DNA of 28,932 nucleotides from a virus (Duplodnaviria; Heunggongvirae; Uroviricota; Caudoviricetes): IMG/VR virus record IMGVR_UViG_2740892230_000022; one strand, 5' to 3'. Shown piece by piece: positions 1 to 8,348 of this stretch (position 1 is its first letter; each line of letters starts with the position of its first letter). The notes under the pieces were generated by a model. It saw only the letters and a program-made list of their open reading frames with translations, ran no database searches and was not told where the DNA came from. The position numbers and the translations under genes were made by a program.

Positions 1-2
1 TG

Positions 3-116
3 AAACCTGCCGGAAGTCTTTACCTGTTCTGTGGCCATCGCCTGGCATCTGACATTGAAATCATGATGCGTGAACGCTTCAATGTGCTGAACCATATTAT
101 CTGGGCGAAGCCGTCC
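3..116 (+). CDS. DNA methyltransferase, internal fragment (contig-end allele)
   Basis: In-frame translation KPAGSLYLFCGHRLASDIEIMMRERFNVLNHIIWAKPS. Bases 61-116 are near-identical (a few mismatches) to 127-182 after the N10 at 117-126. Confidence 0.5.
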
Positions 117-127
117 NNNNNNNNNNT

Positions 128-1090
128 CATCGCCTGGCATCTGATATCGAAATCATGATGCGTGAACGCTTCAGTGTGCTGAACCATATTATCTGGGCGA
201 AGCCGTCCGGACGCTGGAACGGGTGCAACAAGGAAAGCCTGCGGGCGTATTTTCCGGCCACAGAACGCATTCTGTTCGCGGAACATTATCAGGGGCCGTA
301 TCGTCCGAAAGATGATGGCGATGAGGCGAAGGGCAGGGCACTGAAACAGCATGTGATGGCCCCGCTGATTTNNNNNNNNNNATGCAACAAGGAAAGCCTG
401 CGGGCGTATTTCCCCGCCACAGAGCGCATTCTGTTCGCGGAACATTATCAGGGGCCGTATCGTCCGAAAGATGCCGGGTATGCGGCGAAGGGCAGTGCAC
501 TGAAACAGCATGTGATAGCCCCGCTGATTTCTTACTTTCGTGATGCGCGCGCGGCCCTGGGGATAACGGCAAAACAGATTGCAGATGCCACAGGAAAGAA
601 AAACATGGTGTCGCACTGGTTCAGTGCCAGTCAGTGGCAGCTACCGAACGAAAGCGATTATCTGAAATTACAGTCGCTGTTTGCCCGGGTGGCAGAAGAG
701 AAACATCAGCGCGGTGAACTGGAAAAGCCCCACCACCAGCTGGTGGATACGTATACGTCACTGAACCGGCAGTATGTGGAGCTGCAGAGTGAATATAAGC
801 ATCTGCGGCGGTATTTTGGTGTGACGGCGCAGGTGCCGTACACGGATGTGTGGACACATAAACCGGTGCAGTTCTATCCCGGGAAACATCCGTGCGAAAA
901 ACCGGCAGAAATGCTGCAGCAGATAATCAGCGCAAGCAGTCGTCCGGGTGACCTGGTTGCAGATTTTTTTATGGGCTCAGGTTCAACGGTAAAAGCTGCA
1001 CTGGCGCTCGGGCGTCGTGCGATTGGCGTTGAACTGGAGACCGGACGTTTTGAGCAGACAGTCAGGGAAGTTCAGGATTTAATCGTTTGA
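128..1090 (+). CDS. beta-class DNA amino-methyltransferase (N6-adenine/N4-cytosine family), 5' partial
   Basis: ORF track 155..1090 stays open upstream to the contig start at 127. The C-terminal DLVADFFMGSGSTVKAALALGRRAIGVE carries the FxGxG AdoMet motif placed C-terminally as in beta-class MTases. Stop TGA at 1088-1090. The N10 at 372-381 has duplicated flanks, so the apparent internal repeat is an assembly overlap. Confidence 0.75.
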   Translation, partial: HRLASDIEIMMRERFSVLNHIIWAKPSGRWNGCNKESLRAYFPATERILFAEHYQGPYRPKDDGDEAKGRALKQHVMAPLIXXXXCNKESLRAYFPATERILFAEHYQGPYRPKDAGYAAKGSALKQHVIAPLISYFRDARAALGITAKQIADATGKKNMVSHWFSASQWQLPNESDYLKLQSLFARVAEEKHQRGELEKPHHQLVDTYTSLNRQYVELQSEYKHLRRYFGVTAQVPYTDVWTHKPVQFYPGKHPCEKPAEMLQQIISASSRPGDLVADFFMGSGSTVKAALALGRRAIGVELETGRFEQTVREVQDLIV

Positions 1091-1139
1091 AACGGATGAG
1101 ATTGCAGAATTAATTACGCACCATTATTATTCTGCTTCC

Positions 1140-1212
1140 GGCCCTTTAGCTCAGTGGTGAGAGCGAGCGACTCATAATCGCCAGGTCGCTGGTTCAAATC
1201 CAGCAAGGGCCA
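1140..1212 (+). tRNA. ileZ: tRNA-Ile2 (anticodon CAU, lysidine type), phage-borne ileZ-like
   Basis: Cloverleaf read by hand: acceptor GGCCCTT/AAGGGCC, D-stem GCTC/GAGC, anticodon loop CTCATAA (CAT at 1173-1175), T-arm GCTGG-TTCAAAT-CCAGC. Closely resembles E. coli ileX-type tRNA. No encoded CCA. Confidence 0.85.
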
Positions 1213-1315
1213 TCATCACAAACCGCCATTAGCTTATCAGGAAGAGCAGACGACACGATAACAGGGTTGTTGGTGCGGGGGCGGGTCCCCGATGGCGGTC
1301 CATTATCGGTATTCA

Positions 1316-1392
1316 GCGTTGTTAGCTCAGCCGGACAGAGCAATTGCCTTCTAAGCAATCGGTCACTGGTTCGAATCCAGTACAGCGCGCCA
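1316..1392 (+). tRNA. tRNA-Arg (anticodon UCU), phage-borne argN/argO-like
   Basis: Acceptor GCGTTGT/ACAGCGC (one G-U), D-stem GCTC/GAGC, anticodon loop CTTCTAA (TCT at 1350-1352), T-arm ACTGG-TTCGAAT-CCAGT, discriminator G, encoded CCA. Confidence 0.85.
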
Positions 1393-1529
1393 TATTCATT
1401 CTTCCAGATTCCTTTCGGCAGAGCCTTATACTGAAATATACCTGGCTCAGGATATTGTTGAAAATATTATATGTTTGTCAAAAATAAAAGTTCTGTTAAG
1501 TGTTGATTGAGTGTTTGTTATACGGTCTA

Positions 1530-1856
1530 ATGGTTTTTTCAGCATTAAATATTTATCATTCATATGGTGTGGGTAGAGTGAATATTGATGAGGCGTCGGG
1601 GTGTTTCATCCTTAGGCAGCGTATTGATATAGTCAATGCAGAACGAGCAAAGGCCTTCAGCCGTTTGACAGTTTTGTTCTGTACTCCTGATCGTCTTTCG
1701 GGAAGAGACGTTATTATTCTGAATAGTGATGCTATACAGAGGGTTTGCGATGAGTTCATGGTGGCTAATTCAGAATTATTTGCTCTTGTTCAGGAGTACA
1801 ACAGAATAGCCAGGACCTGTGGTATGGATGAACTTCGGATTACTCATCTGGGGTAG
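1530..1856 (+). CDS. hypothetical protein (one-gene insertion downstream of tRNA-Arg), about 108 aa
   Basis: ORF track 1500..1856; first ATG at 1530, stop TAG 1854-1856. Sits in an AT-rich segment (about 30% G+C in hand-counted 60-nt lines) that is absent from the paralogous tRNA-flanking contig at 2765-2843. Rare codons (AGG, AGA, ATA, CTA). No family recognised; start codon uncertain. Confidence 0.4.
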   Translation: MVFSALNIYHSYGVGRVNIDEASGCFILRQRIDIVNAERAKAFSRLTVLFCTPDRLSGRDVIILNSDAIQRVCDEFMVANSELFALVQEYNRIARTCGMDELRITHLG

Positions 1857-2103
1857 ATACATATCTGGATTATCACCGGTTACGGTAAAAAGTGATTGCT
1901 TACTGTTTTTGTGAATGGCATTGCAGCAGCCGGATAATGTCAGTGCTGGCTGACGGTGTGCTGGTGGCGGGTGTGGTGGTTGCTGCTTTCCCGTTGCTGA
2001 AAAAGAAAACGCCAGACTGTTAGCCGGGTATCAGTTAGCGGGAGAAATTTTTAAATACTTCACAATTCAGGCGGTTGACTGTTGTCTGGTTTGNNNNNNN
2101 NNN

Positions 2104-2491
2104 GGGAGAACTGGAAAAGTCCCATTACCAACTGGTCAGCACATACAGTGAGCTGAACCGGCAGTACATGGAACTGCTGAGTGAATATAAAAATTTGCGG
2201 CGGTATTTCGGTGTGACGGTGCAGGTGCCGTACACCGATGTGTGGACGTATAAACCGGTGCAGTACTATCCAGGGAAACATCCGTGCGAAAAACCGGCAG
2301 AAATGTTGCAGCAGATAATCAGCGCAAGCAGTCGTCCGGGAGACCTGGTTGCAGATTTCTTCATGGGGTCGGGGTCGACAGTGAAAGCAGCGATGGCGCT
2401 GGGACGTCGTGCAACTGGCGTTGAACTGGAGACTGAACGTTTTGAGCAGACGGTGCGGGAAGTACAGGATTTAATCATTCGTAACGGATGA
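2104..2491 (+). CDS. beta-class DNA methyltransferase paralog, 3' fragment
   Basis: GELEKSHYQLVSTYSELNRQYMELLSEYKNLRRYFGVTVQVPYTDVW...FFMGSGSTVKAAMALGRRATGVE aligns residue-for-residue with the C-terminal half of 128..1090 with substitutions. Stop TGA 2489-2491. Confidence 0.75.
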
Positions 2492-2531
2492 GATTGCGGA
2501 GTTAATCATGCGTCGTTATTATTCAGCAATC

Positions 2532-2607
2532 GGCCCTTTAGCTCAGTGGTGAGAGCGAGCGACTCATAATCGCCAGGTCGCTGGTTCAAATCCAGCAAGG
2601 GCCACCA
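2532..2607 (+). tRNA. ileZ: tRNA-Ile2 (CAU), second copy
   Basis: Same cloverleaf as 1140..1212; here followed by an encoded CCA (2605-2607). Confidence 0.85.
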
Positions 2608-2687
2608 ACCGCCACTAGCTCATCAGGAAAGAACGTCACCCTGTGCGAGATTCGGAGTCCCCGGTGGCGGTCCATTATCGGTATTCT

Positions 2688-2764
2688 GCGTTGTTAGCTC
2701 AGCCGGACAGAGCAATTGCCTTCTAAGCAATCGGTCACTGGTTCGAATCCAGTACAACGCACCA
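2688..2764 (+). tRNA. tRNA-Arg (UCU), second copy
   Basis: Acceptor GCGTTGT/ACAACGC (perfect), anticodon loop CTTCTAA, T-arm and CCA as in 1316..1392. Confidence 0.85.
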
Positions 2765-3168
2765 CACCACACTTATCTGCCCTGACTCTCTTTTGCGGGC
2801 TTTTTATTACAGGAAAGACACCGGACAGTGAAATGTTAAATGCCTCACAATTCAGGCAGTTGACTGTTGCCTGACATGCTGAGCGTTTGTTAAAAAAATC
2901 CTGCATGATGAATCCCCCTGAGCGGCGGGGCATAATGACAGATGTTTGGTTGCGTATTGTATAGGCAAGTTGCGGATTCTGTCTGGTCATTGCAGAATTC
3001 ACCGGGAGGCACCCGGCATCATGCTGTATACAGAGATTAGGCATATATCCAGGCTTCTCATCGCAGGAGCCTTTTTACATGCAAAAAAAAGCCCGAGTGG
3101 GTTCGGGCAACAGCATGAGATACTTGCATTGTCATTTTTATCGTGTGGATTTTAACCAGGGTTTATAA

Positions 3169-3193
3169 GGCTGCGCAACTGCGCGGCCTTTTT
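3169..3193 (+). terminator. candidate intrinsic terminator upstream of nanS-p
   Basis: GGCTGCGC-AACT-GCGCGGCC hairpin (8 bp including one G-U) followed by TTTTT. Confidence 0.45.
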
Positions 3194-3287
3194 CGTTTTG
3201 CGGGCTGCGGTTCTCCTCTTTTGATTCTCCTTGTGGCCGGACCGTGGCCCGCAACTGTTGAGGAAAATCCCGGAAAGGGGAGGAATA

Positions 3288-3321
3288 ATGGCATTTAAAC
3301 ACTATGACGTGGTCAGGGCGG
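3288..3321 (+). CDS. nanS-p-like esterase, extreme 5' fragment at contig end
   Basis: ATG at 3288 preceded by GGGGAGGAATA; encodes MAFKHYDVVRA, matching the start of 3447..5814 (MSIKHYDVVRAA). Cut by the N10 at 3322. Confidence 0.5.
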
Positions 3322-3333
3322 NNNNNNNNNNCC

Positions 3334-3360
3334 GGCTGCGCATGGCGTGGCCTTTTTTTT
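3334..3360 (+). terminator. candidate intrinsic terminator upstream of nanS-p copy
   Basis: GGCTGCGC-ATG-GCGTGGCC hairpin (8 bp, two G-U pairs) followed by T8. Confidence 0.4.
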
Positions 3361-3446
3361 ACGACCAGCCACTGGCAGATGGCCATCCTGTAATTTGATT
3401 CCGGTTCCGGCTTTTTAACTCTGTTCCTGTACACGGGAGAAATTCG

Positions 3447-5814
3447 ATGTCGATTAAACATTATGATGTTGTCAGGGCGGCGTCGCCGTCAGACCTTGCG
3501 GAAAAGCTGACACACAAACTGAAAGAGGGCTGGCAGCCATACGGCGGACCGGTTGCCATTACGCCGTACACACTGATGCAGGCGGTGGCTATTGAAGGAG
3601 AGCCACAGGTCGGCCCTTCATCTGAGCCGGATTGGTACTACGTCATCGTACTGGCNNNNNNNNNNTCCACAGGTCGGCCCTTCATCTGAGCCGGACTGGT
3701 TCTACGTGGTTGTGCTTGCCGGACAGTCCAACGGCATGGCCTACGGTGAAGGGCTTCCGTTACCGGATTCTTACGATGCTCCGGATCCGCGCATTAAACA
3801 GCTGGCGCGCCGCAGCACGGTAACTCCGGGTGGAGAGAGTTGTACGTATAACGACATCATTCCGGCTGACCACTGCCTGCATGATGTGCAGGATATGAGT
3901 ANNNNNNNNNNAGTGACGCCGGGCGGGGCTGCCTGCAGATATAACGATATTATTCCGGCCGACCACTGCCTGCATGATGTGCAGGATANNNNNNNNNNTC
4001 CGGATTCATACGATGCGCCCCATCCGCGCATTAAGCAACTGGCCCGTCGTAACACAGTGACTCCCGGTGGTGAAGTATGCGTATTTAACGACATCATTCC
4101 TGCTGACCATTGTCTGCATGATGTTCAGGATATGAGTACGATTAACCATCCCCGGGCTGACCTGAGCAAAGGGCAGTACGGCTGTGTCGGCCAGGGCTTA
4201 CATATTGCCAAAAAACTGCTTCCGTATATCCCTAATAATGCGGGGATCCTGCTGGTACCATGCTGTCGTGGTGGTTCGGCATTCACCCAGGGCACGGAGG
4301 GGACATTCAGCGAGTCCACGGGGGCCAGTCAGGATTCGGCTCGCTGGGGAGTGGGTAAGCCGTTATATCAGGATCTGCTTTTCCGCACGAAGGCAGCATT
4401 GCAGAAAAACCCGAAAAACGTTTTGCTGGCGATATGCTGGATGCAGGGGGAATTCGATATGAAGAATGCCAGTTACGCCCAGCAGCCAGCAGCATTTCTT
4501 GCAATGGTACAGCAGTTCCGTGCTGATCTTGCCGGGCTGGCGGCGCAGTGTCACGGTGGAAGTCCGGCATCAGTCCCCTGGATTTGTGGCGACACGACAT
4601 ACGCGTGGAAACAAGAACACGGTACACAATATGAAGTGGTATATGGTGCATATAAAGGTAAAGAATCCCAGCAGATTTATTTTGTTCCCTTTATGACCGA
4701 TGGTAGCGGAGTTAATACACCGACAAACAACCCGTCAGAAGATCCTGATATTGCCGGGTCTGGTTATTACGGTTCGGCATCCCGAACGAACAAAAACTGG
4801 GTATCATCAAATCGCCCGACGCATTTCAGCTCATGGGCGCGTCGTGGCATTATTCCCGATCGTATGGCAACTGCTATTCTGAACGTAGCCGGTCGCACCT
4901 TAGCCTTCATTAGTGGTAAGGCACCGGAAATCAAACCCTCGCCCGGCGGCGACACTCCATCGGGGCCGTCTGATGGTGACACATCCGTTCGTACAGTCTC
5001 CCTGCTGCCGACAGCCGGAGAGGCTGCTGCGCAGGGCTGGACCATCACCGGCGGCAGTGTTGCGCTGGAAGATGGTGTGTTTAAGGTTACCAAGCAGAGC
5101 AATAAAACTTGGTCCCTGATGCATCCGGTGGATGACGCAGTCTCCCTGCTGACACGGGNNNNNNNNNNGCCATCGGGGCCGTCTGAAGATGCATCCGTAC
5201 GCACAATCTCCCTGTTGCCGACAGCCGGAGATGCTGCTGCGCAGGGCTGGAGCATTAAGAATGGCGGAATTCAGTTGTCAGATGGTGTATTTAAGATCAC
5301 CAAGCAGAGCAATAAAGCCTGGTCCCTGACGCGCCCGGTGGATGACGCAGTCTCCCTGCTGACACGGGGTGGCAGACTGAGCTGTAAGTTTCGACTGTCA
5401 GGCGCACTGACCAACAACCAGTTCGGTCTGGGAATTTATCTGTATACCGATGTAGCGTTACCTGACGTCGTGGCGATGACCGGGACTGGTAACCCGTTCC
5501 TGATGTCGTTCTTCACCCAGACCACAGACGGCAAACTGAATCTGATGCATCACAAGAAAGCAGGAAACACAAAGTTGGGCGAGTTCGGGAATTACAGTAA
5601 CGACTGGCAGACGCTGGAGCTGGTGTTCACCGCCGGCAGTGCCACGGTTACTCCGAAACTGAATGGAGTGGCTGGCCCGGCATTCCAGGTCATAAAAGAC
5701 AGTCTGACAGTGGGACTAAATGCACTGACGCTGACGGATATTACCAAAAATGCAACGTATGGCGTTGAGATAGAAAGTCTGGTGCTGGAGATAAATGCAC
5801 CGGCATCATCATAA
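3447..5814 (+). CDS. nanS-p: prophage sialate O-acetylesterase NanS-p-like (DUF1737 N-domain + SASA/SGNH esterase + C-terminal beta-rich domain); composite across four N10 joins
   Basis: ATG 3447 after GGGAGA. N-terminus MSIKHYDVVRAASPSDLAEKLTHKLKEGWQPYG is DUF1737-like; the YVVVLAGQSNGMAYGEG esterase motif follows. Stop TAA 5812-5814. Frame shifts at the N10 at 3656. The duplicated segments at 3829-4130 are overlapping alleles, not tandem repeats. Confidence 0.8.
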
Positions 5815-5899
5815 AAAGTGAGCCAGTCAAATGGAAGGTATCGTTAAACTCACCGGTAGTGTCAGTGGGTCGTCTGAGACGCCTGCATGAGTTATCAGA

Positions 5900-5928
5900 G
5901 CCATCAGTACTTAACTGGTGGCTTTTTT
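5900..5928 (+). terminator. intrinsic terminator downstream of nanS-p
   Basis: GCCATCAG-TACTTAA-CTGGTGGC hairpin (8 bp, one G-U) followed by TTTTTT. Confidence 0.6.
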
Positions 5929-5938
5929 NNNNNNNNNN

Positions 5939-6019
5939 TTAACTGATATCACTAAAAATGCCGCGTACGGCGTCGATATCGGCAGCCTGGTGCTGGAAAT
6001 CAATAATCCCGCAGTATAA
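5939..6019 (+). CDS. nanS-p-like esterase, C-terminal fragment
   Basis: LTDITKNAAYGVDIGSLVLEINNPAV* parallels the C-terminus of 3447..5814 (LTLTDITKNATYGVEIESLVLEINAPASS*). Confidence 0.6.
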   Translation, partial: LTDITKNAAYGVDIGSLVLEINNPAV

Positions 6020-6042
6020 GGAAGAGCAGGAGAGCAAAACAG

Positions 6043-6145
6043 ATGCTTAAGACAAACAGTCTGCGAGAGTCCATGCTTCATGGATGTCGGTGGTGCCAGG
6101 CTAATCCCGAGAAATTCACCATTTTCGTGGAGAGCGGCAACATTG
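6043..6145 (+). CDS. R: P2 gpR-like tail completion protein, N-terminal fragment
   Basis: ATG 6043 after AGGAGAGCAAAAC. MLKTNSLRESMLHGCRWCQANPEKFTIFVESGNI matches the start of 8873..9448. Confidence 0.6.
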
Positions 6146-6155
6146 NNNNNNNNNN

Positions 6156-6389
6156 TACCTCTCCGTCCTGATTGCGTTGCTGATTTTCCGCGCGGAGTTG
6201 AGCCAGCACCTGCTGCATATCCTGTACCCCGGCGCTGATGATATTCAGTGTGTCGACGGTACTTTTCAGGGTGCTGGTCTGCGCTTCGTTTCTGGCGTTC
6301 TCCCGGCCCAGCGACCACGACAGACGCATGGATGTTCCCCATGCGGCAATCAGAAGGAAAGCGACGCCAAGCGTGGGCCAGAGCTTCAT
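6156..6389 (-). CDS. Rz/LysB-like i-spanin, N-terminal part (3' end off-contig)
   Basis: MKLWPTLGVAFLLIAAWGTSMRLSWSLGRENARNEAQ...: N-terminal TM helix then charged coiled-coil-like region. Start ATG 6387-6389 overlaps the endolysin stop (ATGA). Confidence 0.6.
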
Positions 6390-6910
6390 GCCGGATAGGC
6401 TCCGTGTGGTAACTGAAAATGCGGTCCGTCTTTCAGGGTCTTCCAGTCGCCGCCCCATTCCACCGGAATATTCAGTTCCTGGCTGGCCTGTCTGAATGCT
6501 GCTGCGATTTTTTCGTACAGCGGCCATTCCCATGACACCTGGCTGCCGACATAAGCCACAACATCCACGGCATGCCCCGTAAGGTGGCGGCTGTTCATGG
6601 TCTGGCTCTTACCTGTGGCCACCAGTTGCTTCTGGCGGTAACGGCTGCGCAACCCTTCGGTGATACCAAAATCCACTTCCGAGATTTCCAGTGCCCGTCG
6701 GGTCACTTTCACCAGATNNNNNNNNNNTATGGTATGGCTCTTACCCGTGGCCACAAGTTGCTTCTGGCGGTAACGGCTGCGCAATCCTTCGGTGATACCA
6801 AAATCCACTTCCGAAATTTCCAGTGCCCGTCGGGTCACTTTCACCAGATCAGGATTTACGCCCTGCAAATTCTTTTCGCTCCGGCTGCTGAATTTAAATG
6901 TGTTGCTCAT
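6386..6910 (-). CDS. endolysin, peptidase M15 (L-alanyl-D-glutamate peptidase) family
   Basis: SRHLTGHAVDV...DGPHFQL zinc-ligand pattern of M15-type phage endolysins. Positioned between holin and spanin. Contains the N10 at 6718-6727 with duplicated flanks. Confidence 0.7.
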   Translation of the reverse strand: MSNTFKFSSRSEKNLQGVNPDLVKVTRRALEISEVDFGITEGLRSRYRQKQLVATGKSHTIXXXXLVKVTRRALEISEVDFGITEGLRSRYRQKQLVATGKSQTMNSRHLTGHAVDVVAYVGSQVSWEWPLYEKIAAAFRQASQELNIPVEWGGDWKTLKDGPHFQLPHGAYPA

Positions 6911-7230
6911 TCGTCCTTCTCCTTCACCCTGCGATTAAAGGCCGCAATAACCTTGTCGCGTACTTTCTCTGCCCCCATAAAACCGATTGATGCGCCGATA
7001 AACGTTACGGCATCTTCAGGAAACCCGAAGAAGCGCAACGACCCGGCCACGGCCATGGCAAGAACGCCGCACGCCAGCGATCCCGTTACGGTCTGAACCA
7101 GTGTTCGTCCGTCATAAAGACTCATCAGCGCGGAAATGCTGACCGCCGCGCCTACTGCATACACCGTTGGCAGGTGGTCAAAGAGCCACGCAATAACCTG
7201 CTCTGTGATCCCTGTTTGAATGGTGCTCAC
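6907..7230 (-). CDS. putative holin
   Basis: GTG start 7228-7230 after GGGGGGAG. About 107 aa with hydrophobic segments (AVGAAVSISALMSL, LACGVLAMAVAGSL). Immediately upstream of the endolysin with ATGA overlap. Confidence 0.55.
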   Translation of the reverse strand: MSTIQTGITEQVIAWLFDHLPTVYAVGAAVSISALMSLYDGRTLVQTVTGSLACGVLAMAVAGSLRFFGFPEDAVTFIGASIGFMGAEKVRDKVIAAFNRRVKEKDE

Positions 7231-7232
7231 TG

Positions 7233-7433
7233 CTACTCCCCCCACAACTGAATCATTTCTCGTTTCTTCTTCTCCGGCTCCGGCATCTCCACTTCCTGCC
7301 CGGCGTCCAGAAATACCTGCTGACAGAGTCCGGGGTTGGCATCCAGCACCTTTTCGGTGACGCCCTGCGTCGTGCCGTAGTACCGGAAACAGAGCGAATC
7401 CACGGTGTCGTCTTCCAGTGCCTTCACTTTCAT
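7233..7433 (-). CDS. X: P2 gpX-like tail protein X
   Basis: 66 aa MKVKALEDDTVDSLCFRYYGTTQGVTEKVLDANPGL... carries the Phage_tail_X signature (DT-D-I...YG...V...NP-L). Start overlaps the gpL stop. Confidence 0.6.
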   Translation of the reverse strand: MKVKALEDDTVDSLCFRYYGTTQGVTEKVLDANPGLCQQVFLDAGQEVEMPEPEKKKREMIQLWGE

Positions 7434-7927
7434 CAGCACAACTCCGCAAAGATTCGCGGGCGGCACAGAATGTCAGAGATGGCCCAGCTCACATCGCGCC
7501 ACAAATCCGATGTCTGTATATCCAGTGCGTCCGCCCGGCGATCGCCCTTGTCCGTTGTGTCCGCATCGCGGTAACGCTCCAGAATCAGGGCACGTGTGGC
7601 GGTATAAACAGCATTGCGCCAGTGCCAGAGATTGACGCTTTCTCCGTTAATTACGGGTGCCGGAACATCGGCCAGCGTCTGATGGCCAGCCGCCTGCTGT
7701 TCCTGCTGCCACGCTTCCAGTTCGCGGGTAACGTGAGCCACGGCCCCAGTGGCGGTATGCAGCAGGCGGGAGGTGGTCACGCGGCCCGGCAGTCGTACCG
7801 CCAGACGCAGCTCGCGCAGCACAATATCCGGCCAGAATGCACCTGCTGAAATGCGAGTGTCGCCATCATCGGTATCGGTGATGTCGTCCTCTGCGGGTCC
7901 TGGTTCAGTTCTGGCAACCATACTCAT
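7433..7927 (-). CDS. L: P2 gpL-like head completion/stabilisation protein
   Basis: ATG 7925-7927 after AGGAGTG. Position and size (about 164 aa) match P2 L, between M and X. Confidence 0.6.
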   Translation of the reverse strand: MSMVARTEPGPAEDDITDTDDGDTRISAGAFWPDIVLRELRLAVRLPGRVTTSRLLHTATGAVAHVTRELEAWQQEQQAAGHQTLADVPAPVINGESVNLWHWRNAVYTATRALILERYRDADTTDKGDRRADALDIQTSDLWRDVSWAISDILCRPRIFAELC

Positions 7928-8030
7928 GGAGTTCACTCCTGAAAAAAAATCGGGCGGTGGGTGCGCGGTGTAAACGGTCACGGAGTCAAACCGGAACACC
8001 GCGCACGCCGCCCGCTGACGGGGTCAGTCG

Positions 8031-8338
8031 TTAACCGCGCTTCGCCTTCTGCGACGCGGTGGTTTTTCGTGTTGCAGGCTTCTGCGTTGTCTTTTTACTT
8101 TTGCTGCTTTCGTCCTGCGTCTGCTGTGCGCTGGCGTCTTCTGGTGCGGCTGCGGAATCGGCTTTTTTCAGGGCGCGGGAAAGGGTTGCAATCTCGCGTT
8201 TCACACCTGCGTTCGGGTTCAGGTGCATCGCTTCGCGCAGCAGCTTCAGTGATGAGGCCATGTTGTCTGCATCGGTCAGGCCACGACGGGCAAAGGCACA
8301 CGCCTTGCATAATTTGGCGCGCACTTCGTCCGGCATGT
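8031..8338 (-). CDS. M: P2 gpM-like terminase small/endonuclease subunit, C-terminal fragment
   Basis: MPDEVRAKLCKACAFARRGL...KTTQKPATRKTTASQKAKRG*: lysine-rich C-terminus recalled for P2 gpM. Directly upstream of gpL as in P2. Stop TAA at 8031-8033. Confidence 0.5.
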
Positions 8339-8348
8339 NNNNNNNNNN

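Noticed and set aside
20-616. Minus-strand ORFs (198 aa and 127 aa) antisense to the methylase
   Set aside because: They span N10 joins and mirror the duplicated methylase sequence; the sense frame carries the conserved MTase motif.
155-1090. Apparent internal tandem duplication in the methylase (CNKESLRAYFPATERILFAEHYQGPYRPKD... appears twice), and similar duplications in nanS-p, gpR, gpJ, gpN, gpQ, the O-like gene and the YdaT-like gene
   Set aside because: Each duplication straddles an N10 spacer and the copies differ by point substitutions, so they are overlapping contig ends from paralogous alleles, not real repeats.
1213-1315. Possible third tRNA or tRNA remnant between tRNA-Ile2 and tRNA-Arg (the Stx-phage cluster has three tRNAs)
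   Set aside because: No acceptor stem, T-loop (GTTCGAATC-like) or anticodon arm could be folded in 1213-1315 or in 2608-2687.
1937-2023. 28-aa hydrophobic ORF (MSVLADGVLVAGVVVAAFPLLKKKTPDC) resembling a small membrane toxin
   Set aside because: No convincing SD, and no flanking antisense RNA or antitoxin features were seen; kept only as a note under the insertion finding.
2694-3044. 116-aa minus-strand ORF overlapping the second tRNA-Arg
   Set aside because: It overlaps a well-formed tRNA and has no SD; treated as a chance ORF.
2765-3287. Looked for stxA/stxB-like ORFs between the tRNAs and nanS-p
   Set aside because: No ORF of suitable size with signal-peptide-like start or toxin-like sequence is present; only short chance ORFs (2946..3155 plus, 3138..3461 minus) without SD or recognisable motifs.
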